Shown here in pieces: positions 10,101 to 17,806 of a stretch of DNA of 38,428 bases. The notes beneath the pieces are model-generated. The model saw only the letters and a program-made list of their open reading frames with translations, was not told the origin of the DNA and made no database searches. The DNA lies in the NCBI GenBank assembly GCA_947039055.1, contig CAMQYB010000001.1:1-38428 (forward strand). Direction: 5' to 3'. The DNA comes from an uncultured Deferribacteraceae bacterium (GTDB lineage Bacteria; Chrysiogenota; Deferribacteres; Deferribacterales; Mucispirillaceae). The position numbers and the translations under genes are program-made. The first letter of the stretch is position 1. Each line of letters starts with the position of its first letter.

Positions 10101-11476
10101 CTGGTAAAAGCTCAACTATAAATCTAGATATAGATCTATCAAAAGCTTTTCCTCCATTAACTGATGCTGCATCAACTAACGCTTATATAGTTAAAGAATT
10201 AAATAATAATCCAGAGTTGAAAAAGCAAGGGATTACCTACGCTTCAGATAGTGATGGAAAAATTGTAATGGAATCTAATAGTGGAACAAAAATAGTTTCA
10301 TTCGCAGAAAATCTTGGTGCATTACCAGCTAACGCAAATAAAAATGTTCTAAGCAATTTCATAATGGGATTTCAACCTTTAGATAATAAACCGTTACCAG
10401 AAACTAGCTATCCATTAACATTAACTGATACAGATTTCTATGTTACAGATATCGGAGATCCTGCTGATCCATCTAAAAAGATTACTTTGCCAGCTCCTGC
10501 TACTTATGCTACTAAAGAAGAACTACTAGATGCAATCAATACAGAGTTAGCTGTCAGTACAGTTGGTAGAGTTGAGGCATCTTTTAGTGAAAAAACTGGT
10601 GCATTAGTGTTCAAGAATGCTGATAATACAGCTACTGAAGTATACGGTAATAATGAGTTAGGAATATCAACTTCTGATACTGGTACTGTAATAGCTGCTA
10701 AAGCTTCTGGAATGCCTAATCCTGCTCTTTCTGAGACAAGTGATGAAGACAGAACATTCACTTTTAACTATATTGATAATCTTGGCGTACAAAGAAGTAA
10801 ATCTATTATGTTAGATAAGAAAGATTATGACTCTCCTACAGCACTAGTTGAAGAGATTAATAGATTAATCGCACTTGACCCTGATCTTGTTGGACTTGAT
10901 GCAAAACTTGATAGCGATGGAAAAAGTAACGATAAAGGGAAAATAGTATTTACAACAGATCCTGCTACAATGAACAGTTTATCGGTAGAAAATGGCTATT
11001 CTGGGATATTAGGTTTTCCTAAAGCTGGAGACCAAACAACTGTACGTGTTACATCAGCAGAAAATGGCAACGTTGTTCAAGAAATTACTCTAGACACAGC
11101 TAACGACTCTACATACGTTGCTGATGGCGTATACATACGTTTTGATAGTGGAAAAATAAATGCTACTGACTTTTTTAATGTAGGCGTAGGAACTGGTATC
11201 AGCGAACAGATCGACTATCTTGATCAAATTGAGAAACAGCTATTAGAAGCTGTAGCAAATGTTGGTGGTAGATTATCAAGAGTTGAATCTGTAACAAATT
11301 TTCACACTACTGTTATCGCATCAAGTGAGACAACTAAATCAACTTATCTTGGATCAACTCCTCAAGATATTGCAGCTGCCATGACTGACCAAGCACTTGC
11401 AACATCAGCCTATAAAATGTCTTTAGAGATAACTAGTAGTATCTTAAAAATATCGTTGTTAGACTTTTTAAGGTAA
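7112..11476 (+). CDS. flgL: Flagellar hook-associated protein 3 FlgL, giant form (1454 aa)
   Basis: The N-terminal flagellin-like domain contains MRITFNMM...ARAAMAKEVATIMEDLMGYANSTYLGRHIFGGFQTETPPF, with the FlgL-type YIFGG..T..P motif. The C-terminal flagellin-like helix reads GGRLSRVESVTNFHTTVIASSETTKSTYLGSTPQDIAAAMTDQALATSAYKMSLEITSSILKISLLDFL. The gene lies directly after flgK. About 1200 aa of T/S/N/D/G-rich sequence separates the two terminal domains. Confidence 0.85.
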   Translation: MRITFNMMSMKHNSSISSSLANMLAAGDRVNAQQDLLKPEQNASGYVSAYNVQRTIDELNQFKENGESATGWISNSETILTDALEKLKKVKADFAIGGANATNDADARAAMAKEVATIMEDLMGYANSTYLGRHIFGGFQTETPPFSGSGSSISNVSSSILGADSIDNIPVFSDLGELASGAYRTKISVVNGIATVSVLDSSGKPVVLDSNGSDEANKKGNATSDTLSFKYEPGKVVNTGLGFSIQMPDKEITNADITVGFNYKAGSEVSYAGDMGSILSQIGYDQNIAKNIPGSDIFMQSFKTLLSTKVLTSNGSLANLATLLSELDGNNFATGDSMNISGTDSHGRPVGAATIVSPINPTLNHTNTTDEERTLKVAYGNKMYQVVIPKGDYKSADKLAEAVQEQLKTAEYIGSVNVPADGYDELNDFKNSIEQQIDSGYFTPATGDEKKKTVDLSKDISVTADGDRLSFYTSKAGDNVQLAISGSEGSDLGFTDSVTVAEGKDTQFDFGTTYNNNGIENISTEHSNMDFSAGGKFDFFINGKPVSVNLPARGPVTTTDVSATTVYDGTTDFNITINGKNIKVPAAELNGKTVADQEKIINQKLIDSGFGGSNSISLTAPVAPATTYTVDLNSATAPTKKDIEFELQSALNSAGFTGDISASLNSVNSSDPNDLGKFDLSFAVVNNNINDSTQINTVYFDKNAVPPYKDMQTDIPTIKQTPGQNNTTMGDYMKFLNNLYGETATVSLVEGKIQVKDKRSGENSELTFFQNSTESGLQSTTDNDLVIGGKYRGQGDVTWGIDMTNSVSTDGTRTVHISIKDVNGIEVYNQKVDNYLGGEITLPSGVTITPNENQFPTPPETSLTTSFNLDLIDDTKASLGIMKVTDNGSNDNMFRVLTNLENALKYNIDSTENGIGAFGAWGNASLGSTATPSFDGTYKGNYNDSWKYEIMQNGSQDDFYIQNESYSTSGKTAFDQNLINDLGGEISFGVNMYDNVTGKSSTINLDIDLSKAFPPLTDAASTNAYIVKELNNNPELKKQGITYASDSDGKIVMESNSGTKIVSFAENLGALPANANKNVLSNFIMGFQPLDNKPLPETSYPLTLTDTDFYVTDIGDPADPSKKITLPAPATYATKEELLDAINTELAVSTVGRVEASFSEKTGALVFKNADNTATEVYGNNELGISTSDTGTVIAAKASGMPNPALSETSDEDRTFTFNYIDNLGVQRSKSIMLDKKDYDSPTALVEEINRLIALDPDLVGLDAKLDSDGKSNDKGKIVFTTDPATMNSLSVENGYSGILGFPKAGDQTTVRVTSAENGNVVQEITLDTANDSTYVADGVYIRFDSGKINATDFFNVGVGTGISEQIDYLDQIEKQLLEAVANVGGRLSRVESVTNFHTTVIASSETTKSTYLGSTPQDIAAAMTDQALATSAYKMSLEITSSILKISLLDFLR

Positions 11477-11540
11477 CTTAAATTTTATATAAATAGTAGA
11501 GTAGTAACGTTTTAATTATCAATTTTTTTATGAGGTGTGT

Positions 11541-11978
11541 ATGTCTATCCTAAAGATAAACTCTGCAAAGTTGGGAGAGATAGAGTATAACGAGAGTGAT
11601 GTGGTAACTCTTTGTTCCCCGCTCTTAGGTTTTAATGAATTAAATGAATTTCTATTGATTTCTAACGAATCGTCGTATCCATTTATATGGTTTCAGTCGG
11701 TTGAGAATAATGATATCTGTTTTATTCTTGTAGAGGCTACAAAATTTTTTACGGATTATGAACCAACTATTCCTAAACGTGAAATGAAAGTATTAAGCAT
11801 TGAAGATATAGAAAATATGAAAATCTTTTCTATTGTTGTTATTCCTGAAGATCCAACTAAATCTACAGCGAATTTGAGAGCTCCTCTTATCATAAACTTA
11901 GATAAAAAAATTGCTAAACAAATAATACTTGATAATGATGTTTTTCCAATAAAGAGATCTCTCTTTGCTGCTAAGTAG
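11541..11978 (+). CDS. fliW: Flagellar assembly factor FliW (CsrA antagonist)
   Basis: The ORF reads [40 protein letters not shown]...[16 protein letters not shown]...[11 protein letters not shown], all FliW signatures. I prefer the ATG at 11541, with GAGG 5 nt upstream, over the GTG at 11535 used in the track. Confidence 0.9.
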   Translation: MSILKINSAKLGEIEYNESDVVTLCSPLLGFNELNEFLLISNESSYPFIWFQSVENNDICFILVEATKFFTDYEPTIPKREMKVLSIEDIENMKIFSIVVIPEDPTKSTANLRAPLIINLDKKIAKQIILDNDVFPIKRSLFAAK

Positions 11979-11989
11979 GGGTATTGATT

Positions 11990-12223
11990 ATGTTAATACT
12001 ATCAAGAAAAAATAACGAAAGCATAATGATTGGTGATGAAATTGAAATCATCGTTGTTGATGTTGTTGGAAAAACTGTTAAACTAGGTATTAATGCACCT
12101 AGAGATATCTTTGTACATAGGAAAGAGATATACGAAGCAATTAAAAATGAAAATATTCGTGCAATATCTAAAGATAATGTAATATCATTATTTCAGCTAT
12201 TTAACGATAGGAATAAGCCATGA
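11990..12223 (+). CDS. csrA: Carbon storage regulator CsrA
   Basis: The ORF reads [51 protein letters not shown], which is canonical CsrA. The ATG at 11990, with TAGGGG 7 nt upstream, gives the usual MLILxRK start. The track ORF begins at the TTG at 11984. Confidence 0.93.
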   Translation: MLILSRKNNESIMIGDEIEIIVVDVVGKTVKLGINAPRDIFVHRKEIYEAIKNENIRAISKDNVISLFQLFNDRNKP

Positions 12224-12855
12224 CGAAAAGCTTTACTACTTCTGAAAATAAACTGCGTCACCTTGAGGATATATCTAATGATATTATCAATGAACTTGAA
12301 CCACTTTCATTTGATGGAAATATTTATCTATTAGAAGCTGATGATCCAGATATTAATCAACATATTGAAGAGATAAAACAATGTGACACAATTGGATTTG
12401 ATACCGAATCAAGACCTGCATTTATTAAAGGACAAACTTTTCCTATAGCTTTAGTCCAAATTGCAACTAAAGATAAAGTTTACCTATTTAGAATAAAAAA
12501 AAGCAAGATCAATCCTGGTTTAATTGAGATACTTAATAGTAACTCTATATTAAAAATAGGGCTTGGACTTACAACCGATATTAAAAAACTTAAAGAACTT
12601 TCTAGAAAGATTGAACCGAAAAATTTTGCCGATCTATCTGTTATCGCTAAATCTAAAGGATTTAAGAAAAGTAATGCTCGGTCACTTGTTGCTAGATATC
12701 TAAATAAAAAGCTACTTAAAAGTTCTCAAATAACTAACTGGGCTAAGAAAACATTAACCGATAAACAGATACAATATGCTGCAGTTGATGCTTGGAGTAT
12801 GATACCATTATATTCTGAACTACTTAACGATGATACTAATTATCTTAATATATGA
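12220..12855 (+). CDS. DEDDy-type 3'-5' exonuclease domain protein (RNase D/WRN-exo-like)
   Basis: The 211-aa ORF has Exo[10 protein letters not shown], ExoII-like [13 protein letters not shown] and Exo[11 protein letters not shown] (Yx3D). Its start overlaps the csrA stop in ATGA at 12220-12223. Confidence 0.8.
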   Translation: MTKSFTTSENKLRHLEDISNDIINELEPLSFDGNIYLLEADDPDINQHIEEIKQCDTIGFDTESRPAFIKGQTFPIALVQIATKDKVYLFRIKKSKINPGLIEILNSNSILKIGLGLTTDIKKLKELSRKIEPKNFADLSVIAKSKGFKKSNARSLVARYLNKKLLKSSQITNWAKKTLTDKQIQYAAVDAWSMIPLYSELLNDDTNYLNI

Positions 12856-13742
12856 AACCGATTATCTTTCTATCTGGACTCTTAGGTGAGCTCACTTTAA
12901 TAGAATTGATCAGCAAAAATCTCAACTTTGATATCGTAACCAATCGTAAAAACTCACTCAGGAAAAGAGACACTGGTGATATCACTTCATACTCTAACCA
13001 TCTTAATATCTCTACCATTGATACTGATAATAAAGATACAATATTATCAGTTGAGAACCTCTCACAATATGATTTCATTCTAACTATTGATTGGCCTAAA
13101 TCATATTTTAAAGATTTAGACAATAATCTTTGTATACCGATATATCATACTCATCCATCACTTCTACCAAAATATAGAGGATACTCTGCTATTACCGAAC
13201 AGATACAAAAAGGTGTAGCAATATCTGGATTAACTATCTATAAACAATCTTCTGAAATTGATGCTGGGGATATTATTTATCAACAAAATATACCAATCGA
13301 ACATGATGATATCCCTGCTACATTTATGAAAAAAGTGAGCGATGAAATTGTCAATTTCTTATATAATATCAACACTATTGCAGAATTTATACCTAGAATA
13401 CAAGAGTATAAATTAGCATCATATACATCAAGAATTAGAGATCAAGATCATCTAGTTGATTTTAGTCAATCTGCCATATACATACACAACTTCATACGCT
13501 CATTTGGATATCCATATAAAAACTCATTCTTCTATCATAAAGATTGTAAATACTACATAGTTGCAGCTCATCTTGATAAATGGTACGGTAAATATGGAGA
13601 GGTTGGAGAGATTATCTCAACTAATGATGAGTGCATAGAAGTATCACTAGGTAGTGGAACTATTATTATAACCGACATAGACTCAGATAATGGCAAAGTT
13701 AGCTCATTCACATCTCTGTTTATTATTGGAGATAGATTATGA
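12852..13742 (+). CDS. Formyltransferase-family protein (Fmt/sugar N-formyltransferase-like, with a C-terminal domain)
   Basis: The 296-aa ORF has the core motif IYHTHPSLLPKYRGYSAITEQIQKGVAISGLTIYKQSSEIDAGDIIYQQ, which matches the N-x-H-x-SLLP-x-x-RG ... D-x-G formyltransferase signature. The first position is His rather than Asn. Its start overlaps the upstream stop in ATGA. Confidence 0.75.
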   Translation: MKPIIFLSGLLGELTLIELISKNLNFDIVTNRKNSLRKRDTGDITSYSNHLNISTIDTDNKDTILSVENLSQYDFILTIDWPKSYFKDLDNNLCIPIYHTHPSLLPKYRGYSAITEQIQKGVAISGLTIYKQSSEIDAGDIIYQQNIPIEHDDIPATFMKKVSDEIVNFLYNINTIAEFIPRIQEYKLASYTSRIRDQDHLVDFSQSAIYIHNFIRSFGYPYKNSFFYHKDCKYYIVAAHLDKWYGKYGEVGEIISTNDECIEVSLGSGTIIITDIDSDNGKVSSFTSLFIIGDRL

Positions 13743-14395
13743 AAAATAATCTAAAACCTAAAGTTTCAATTATTATAAGTAATAGTATGGACAGTGATAA
13801 AAATATCGTAGAGAGTATTAAGCAACATATCAATTATGATAACTATGAAATTATAGAATTACCTAAATTAAATAACTTAGATGATACTCAAACTCTTGAA
13901 AGATTAAATAAAATTATAACTGATTTGAACTCTGAGTATATATTATTGATAGATGCTGATATAAGATTAAATGATACTTTTTCACTCGATAGATTAATAA
14001 GCAAAGCATTGCTTGATAATGTTGGTTCAGTTACTCATCCTATACTTTATACTGATAATAAAATCTATACTTTAGGATTATCAGTTAATGAGCATATTGC
14101 AACTTATAATAGTAGAGGTGATAATTTTAACTTTTTAGATCCTGCCTATACTAGCAATAAATATACAGATAAAATAGATGCAGTATCTGATAAATTTATA
14201 CTATTTCCTAAACAATCTTTCAATGATACTAAAGGGCTTGATACTGATCTAACTTATGAGATATCAATAATATTTTTTACCTTAAAGTTATCTAAACTCA
14301 TGTATAATAATATAATAATCAATTCATCTTATCTAACCTATCATGGTAAAAAGGCTATAAATAAAAGTATTCAAATCTATCAACCTGATATATAA
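13739..14395 (+). CDS. Glycosyltransferase family 2-like protein (divergent, short)
   Basis: The 218-aa ORF has KVSIIISNSMDSD...ESIKQ at the N-terminus and YILLIDADIRL (a DxD-type motif). Its start overlaps the upstream stop in ATGA. The similarity is weak and was judged by eye only. Confidence 0.5.
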   Translation: MKNNLKPKVSIIISNSMDSDKNIVESIKQHINYDNYEIIELPKLNNLDDTQTLERLNKIITDLNSEYILLIDADIRLNDTFSLDRLISKALLDNVGSVTHPILYTDNKIYTLGLSVNEHIATYNSRGDNFNFLDPAYTSNKYTDKIDAVSDKFILFPKQSFNDTKGLDTDLTYEISIIFFTLKLSKLMYNNIIINSSYLTYHGKKAINKSIQIYQPDI

Positions 14396-14431
14396 AATAT
14401 AGCTTATTGTAAAATTATACTAAATTTCAGT

Positions 14432-14818
14432 TTAGTTATCTTGAAACCTTACAGCTATCACATCAACTTCTATATTTGCATCTTTAGGCAATCCTGCTAC
14501 TTCAACACAGCTTCTTGCAGGACGGTTATCTTTCATATAGTTTGCATATACTTCATTAAACTTTTGAAAATTATCCATACTTTTAAGATAAATTGTTACT
14601 TTAACAATATTATCAAGCGATAAATTAGCTGATTGTAATACAACTTTGATATTACACATTATCTGTTCAGCCTCATCAGTAAGGTTTTCTGATATATTGT
14701 TACTGTTTGGATTAATTCCTATCTGTCCTGACAGATAGATGGTATTATTTATTTCTATTCCTTGTGAATAATGTCCTAACGGTTTAGGTGCTTGACTACT
14801 CTCTAATATCTTTTTCAT
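14432..14818 (-). CDS. ridA: RidA/YjgF-family reactive-intermediate deaminase
   Basis: The 128-aa ORF reads APKPLGHYSQGIEINNTIYLSGQIGINP...VKVTIYLKSMDNFQKFNEVY...PARSCVEVAGLPKDANIEVDVIA, the canonical YjgF/RidA pattern. Confidence 0.9.
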   Translation of the reverse strand: MKKILESSQAPKPLGHYSQGIEINNTIYLSGQIGINPNSNNISENLTDEAEQIMCNIKVVLQSANLSLDNIVKVTIYLKSMDNFQKFNEVYANYMKDNRPARSCVEVAGLPKDANIEVDVIAVRFQDN

Positions 14819-14937
14819 AATTCCTCTCCAACTTTAGATATATCTATCTATGAAACGACAATTACAAATACATGTCAACTAATTTAACTTGCATTTTAAA
14901 AAAAACCGTATATCTTATCAAATTATAGGAGATCCGA

Positions 14938-15561
14938 ATGCAGAACGAATTTATTATAGCTATATCATCAATCTTTGCACTTATTAACCCATTTAACAGT
15001 CTTCCTCAATGTTTATTAATGACAGAAGGGCTTTCTAAAAATACTAGAAAAAAGGTGTTCTCGGCAGTTATATTAGTTTCATTTATGATCGTTATCTTTT
15101 TCATTTTAACTGGTGGATTTATTATGCACCACTTTTTCAATATAGAATTTTATCATCTGCGTGTAGCTGGTGGAATTATTCTTATCGCTATGGGTTTGAA
15201 AAAATTGATGTTTCCTGTTAATGTTACAATCAATCTAAATCCAACTGACACCGATAGAGATATAATTAAGAAAGCGATTATTCCTATGGCATTTCCTATG
15301 ATGGTTGGGCCTGGAACTCTTTCAACGATTATGGTCATGACTAACGATGTCGGATTATCTATAACTGTGATGTCTGCAACTATTGCATTCATATTAATGT
15401 TCTTTCTTTTCTTCTTTTCAAACCTTATTGAACTTATAGCTGGAAAACTTATTCTGCTTGTTATATCAAGAATAATGCAAGTGTTTATTGTTGCAATCGG
15501 TGTGAAAATATTAGTATCTGGAATTGTTGGAACATATAAGGCGATAATCTTAACACTTTGA
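14938..15561 (+). CDS. MarC-family (UPF0056) integral membrane protein
   Basis: The 207-aa ORF has about six hydrophobic segments. It carries FALINPFNSLP near the N-terminus and IIPMAFPMMVGPGTLSTIMV, both typical MarC-family motifs. Confidence 0.85.
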   Translation: MQNEFIIAISSIFALINPFNSLPQCLLMTEGLSKNTRKKVFSAVILVSFMIVIFFILTGGFIMHHFFNIEFYHLRVAGGIILIAMGLKKLMFPVNVTINLNPTDTDRDIIKKAIIPMAFPMMVGPGTLSTIMVMTNDVGLSITVMSATIAFILMFFLFFFSNLIELIAGKLILLVISRIMQVFIVAIGVKILVSGIVGTYKAIILTL

Positions 15562-15588
15562 TCATTGTGATTTTAAATAATAGTGTAA

Positions 15589-15621
15589 ATGGTTTAGATA
15601 ATTTTGATAACTCTAAACCAT
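15589..15621. terminator. Hairpin downstream of the marC-family gene (possible terminator)
   Basis: ATGGTTTAGA (15589-15598) pairs perfectly with TCTAAACCAT (15612-15621), leaving a 13-nt loop. The hairpin lies 28 nt after the stop. It is followed by A/T-rich sequence but has no clean U-tract. Confidence 0.35.
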
Positions 15622-15731
15622 ATAAATATTCTTATTATAATAAAACTTACTAATAGCTACTATTTAATCTGCTGTAGTTAAAATGATTTGATTTATGATT
15701 TGATGGATATATCTAATCTCTTCTGATTTCA

Positions 15732-16012
15732 GTTATTATATTCAATAACTAACCATTAGCATTAACTATATTTATGATTGATAACAAAATTTGTTAAACT
15801 CTTATTTTGGTTAATTATATCTAATAACTAACTATTAAGATTAATTGCATTTATGATTGATAAAATAACTTGTTAAATTCTTGTTTTGGTTAATTACATC
15901 TAATAACTAACTATTAAGATTAATTATATTTATGATTGATAAAATAACTTGTTAAATTCTTGTTTTGGTTAATTATATCTAATAACTAACTATTAAGATT
16001 AATTACATTTAA
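15732..16012. repeat. 79-bp tandem repeat, about 3.5 copies
   Basis: The units are 15732-15810 (degenerate, about 80% identical), 15811-15889, 15890-15968 (3 mismatches versus the previous unit) and a partial unit at 15969-~16012. The last unit contains the stop codon and final codons of the minus-strand ORF 15999..16448. Confidence 0.85.
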
Positions 16013-16448
16013 TATGTGGTGGACAACCTGATACTGGTTGAGGTGTATACATCTCTCCTGGCACATAAGGAGGCTCGATCATGAGGTTTTCGTACTCATC
16101 AGCACAATATACGCCTACAGGACAACCATCGCCGATATACGACTCTCTAAGGTTAACTTCTGGTGGCTCTTCTGCTAATAAATGATCGTCATAAAATTCG
16201 CCTAAATATTTCTGTGGATCTTCCTCTTCGATATTAACAGGTTCTGGAACTTCTAATCTATCTATCTGAGTGCTACCCATGTGAGGCTCTGCAGGTTCAT
16301 CAATATCTTTAACCTCTTTATCTGCAGGTTCAGTAAGTTTCGGTTCTGATGATATATATTTTTGCTCGATCTTTTGTGAATATAAATCCATCGTACAAAA
16401 TAACAGCATAAATAATATATAGAAATTCAATGAAACTAATCTACTCAT
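15999..16448 (-). CDS. Hypothetical secreted acidic Pro/Glu-rich protein with a Cys-containing C-terminus
   Basis: The 149-aa ORF has an N-terminal hydrophobic signal-like segment (MSRLVSLNFYILFMLLFCTMDLYSQ). This is followed by an E/P/D-rich region and five Cys in the last 40 residues. GC content is locally higher than in neighbouring genes. I recognise no family. Confidence 0.55.
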   Translation of the reverse strand: MSRLVSLNFYILFMLLFCTMDLYSQKIEQKYISSEPKLTEPADKEVKDIDEPAEPHMGSTQIDRLEVPEPVNIEEEDPQKYLGEFYDDHLLAEEPPEVNLRESYIGDGCPVGVYCADEYENLMIEPPYVPGEMYTPQPVSGCPPHIKCN

Positions 16449-16522
16449 TTTAACCTACTCAACATTATTTAATAGTTGATATCTTCTTGACATCCACCCT
16501 TAATAACTTCTATACTTTATAT

Positions 16523-16894
16523 ATGTTTATTCTAAAATTGGCAATAATAATCTTATCAATACCGTTTCTCACAGCTATTTCAACGATTGATGCTATGCGT
16601 TACGGATCATCAATACTTATATGTATCAGAGAAGATGGTATAACAGAAGACGTTGTAAGGTATTGGACTCTTGTTAAAAGTAGTGATACAAATGTAATAC
16701 TCAATATTATGAATAAACGTTCGTTCAATCTTGAACAGTGTGAAATCTTCACTTGTACATATAATCCAAGCTCAATGGAGATCTGTAAACTGCCTGTTGA
16801 TCCACCTAAACATAGAACCGATGTTGAAAAATATAAAAGTGAAGCCGATAAAAAAATTGAAGCACAAAAAGCAAGGGAAGCGCTTAGACAGTAG
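16523..16894 (+). CDS. Hypothetical small protein with an N-terminal signal or anchor
   Basis: From the ATG at 16523 the ORF reads MFILKLAIIILSIPFLTAISTIDAM.... The track ORF starts earlier at the TTG at 16487. The C-terminus is a charged helix (DVEKYKSEADKKIEAQKAREALRQ). There is no obvious SD sequence and I recognise no family. Confidence 0.45.
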   Translation: MFILKLAIIILSIPFLTAISTIDAMRYGSSILICIREDGITEDVVRYWTLVKSSDTNVILNIMNKRSFNLEQCEIFTCTYNPSSMEICKLPVDPPKHRTDVEKYKSEADKKIEAQKAREALRQ

Positions 16895-16940
16895 CGTAAC
16901 CACAGCTATCATAAAACAGTTTACATAACTGATAGTTATA

Positions 16941-17708
16941 TTAAAATGTATTAACCTTTTTTACTATATTAGATTTTCGTTCAATCTCTAAATTTAATGC
17001 TATTTCATCTGCTGGTTTAAGTTTATCAAAATATTCAGCTTTAAACTTCTCTAATATATCTAATCGTACAGACTCAATATGTTTTATAGATTTAGATAAC
17101 TGATCGTCTGTTATAGATCTTTTAATTGTTAATCTATCTTCAATATATCCAACTTTATTATCTATCGACAATCTTAATAAAAGTTCGTAATCTTCGCAAA
17201 CTCTTAAATCCTGATCAAAACCTTTTACTGTTTCAAACAGATTTTTCTCGATCATTATTGTTGATGGTGAAACTCTACATTTATCTAATATCTTAGAAAA
17301 AATTTCTCCACCGTATCTAGCCATATCTTTATTTTGATTTATAAACTTGTTTTCTCTATACCAAAACTCATTGGTATGAGATATTTTGAATTCACGATCT
17401 TGCATAAATTGATATTGTTTATAACATTTTGAAGGAAGATAGATATCATCTGAATCAAGAAATGCAACATACTCTGATTTTGCTAAAGATACACCGATAT
17501 TTCTAGCAACAGATACACCACTATTTATATCTGTACGAAAATATTTAACTAACGGTAAATATTGTTTGATATCGTTATATGAAAGATCTTCTGAAAAATC
17601 ATCTACTATAATAATTTCATCAACAAATCTCTGTGATAATACAGAATCAACTGCATCTCTTAATTGATATTTACGATTATAAATCGGAATAATAACTGAT
17701 AACGACAT
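16941..17708 (-). CDS. Glycosyltransferase family 2
   Basis: The 255-aa ORF reads LSVIIPIYNRKYQLRDAVDSVLSQRFVDEIIIVDDFSED...GVSVARNIGVSLAKSEYVAFLDSDDIY, with the classic GT2 nucleotide-binding and DxD motifs. Confidence 0.85.
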   Translation of the reverse strand: MSLSVIIPIYNRKYQLRDAVDSVLSQRFVDEIIIVDDFSEDLSYNDIKQYLPLVKYFRTDINSGVSVARNIGVSLAKSEYVAFLDSDDIYLPSKCYKQYQFMQDREFKISHTNEFWYRENKFINQNKDMARYGGEIFSKILDKCRVSPSTIMIEKNLFETVKGFDQDLRVCEDYELLLRLSIDNKVGYIEDRLTIKRSITDDQLSKSIKHIESVRLDILEKFKAEYFDKLKPADEIALNLEIERKSNIVKKVNTF

Positions 17709-17806
17709 TGCACACTTTTTATATTAATTTAGGATATATCCCCTATATTGAAAACATATAGGAGACGTATAAACATTTAAATCTTTATTCTGTAAATAGG
17801 CTAAAA

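Noticed and set aside
3790-10761. Nested or antisense track ORFs inside the flagellar genes: 3790-4092(-), 4393-4647(+), 4711-4989(-), 6377-6595(-), 7258-7491(-), 8629-8835(-), 9613-9879(-) and 10504-10761(-).
   Set aside because: Each is fully or largely contained in a longer ORF with clear family motifs (flgJ, flgM, flgN, flgK, flgL). Their translations are low-complexity shadows typical of AT-rich DNA.
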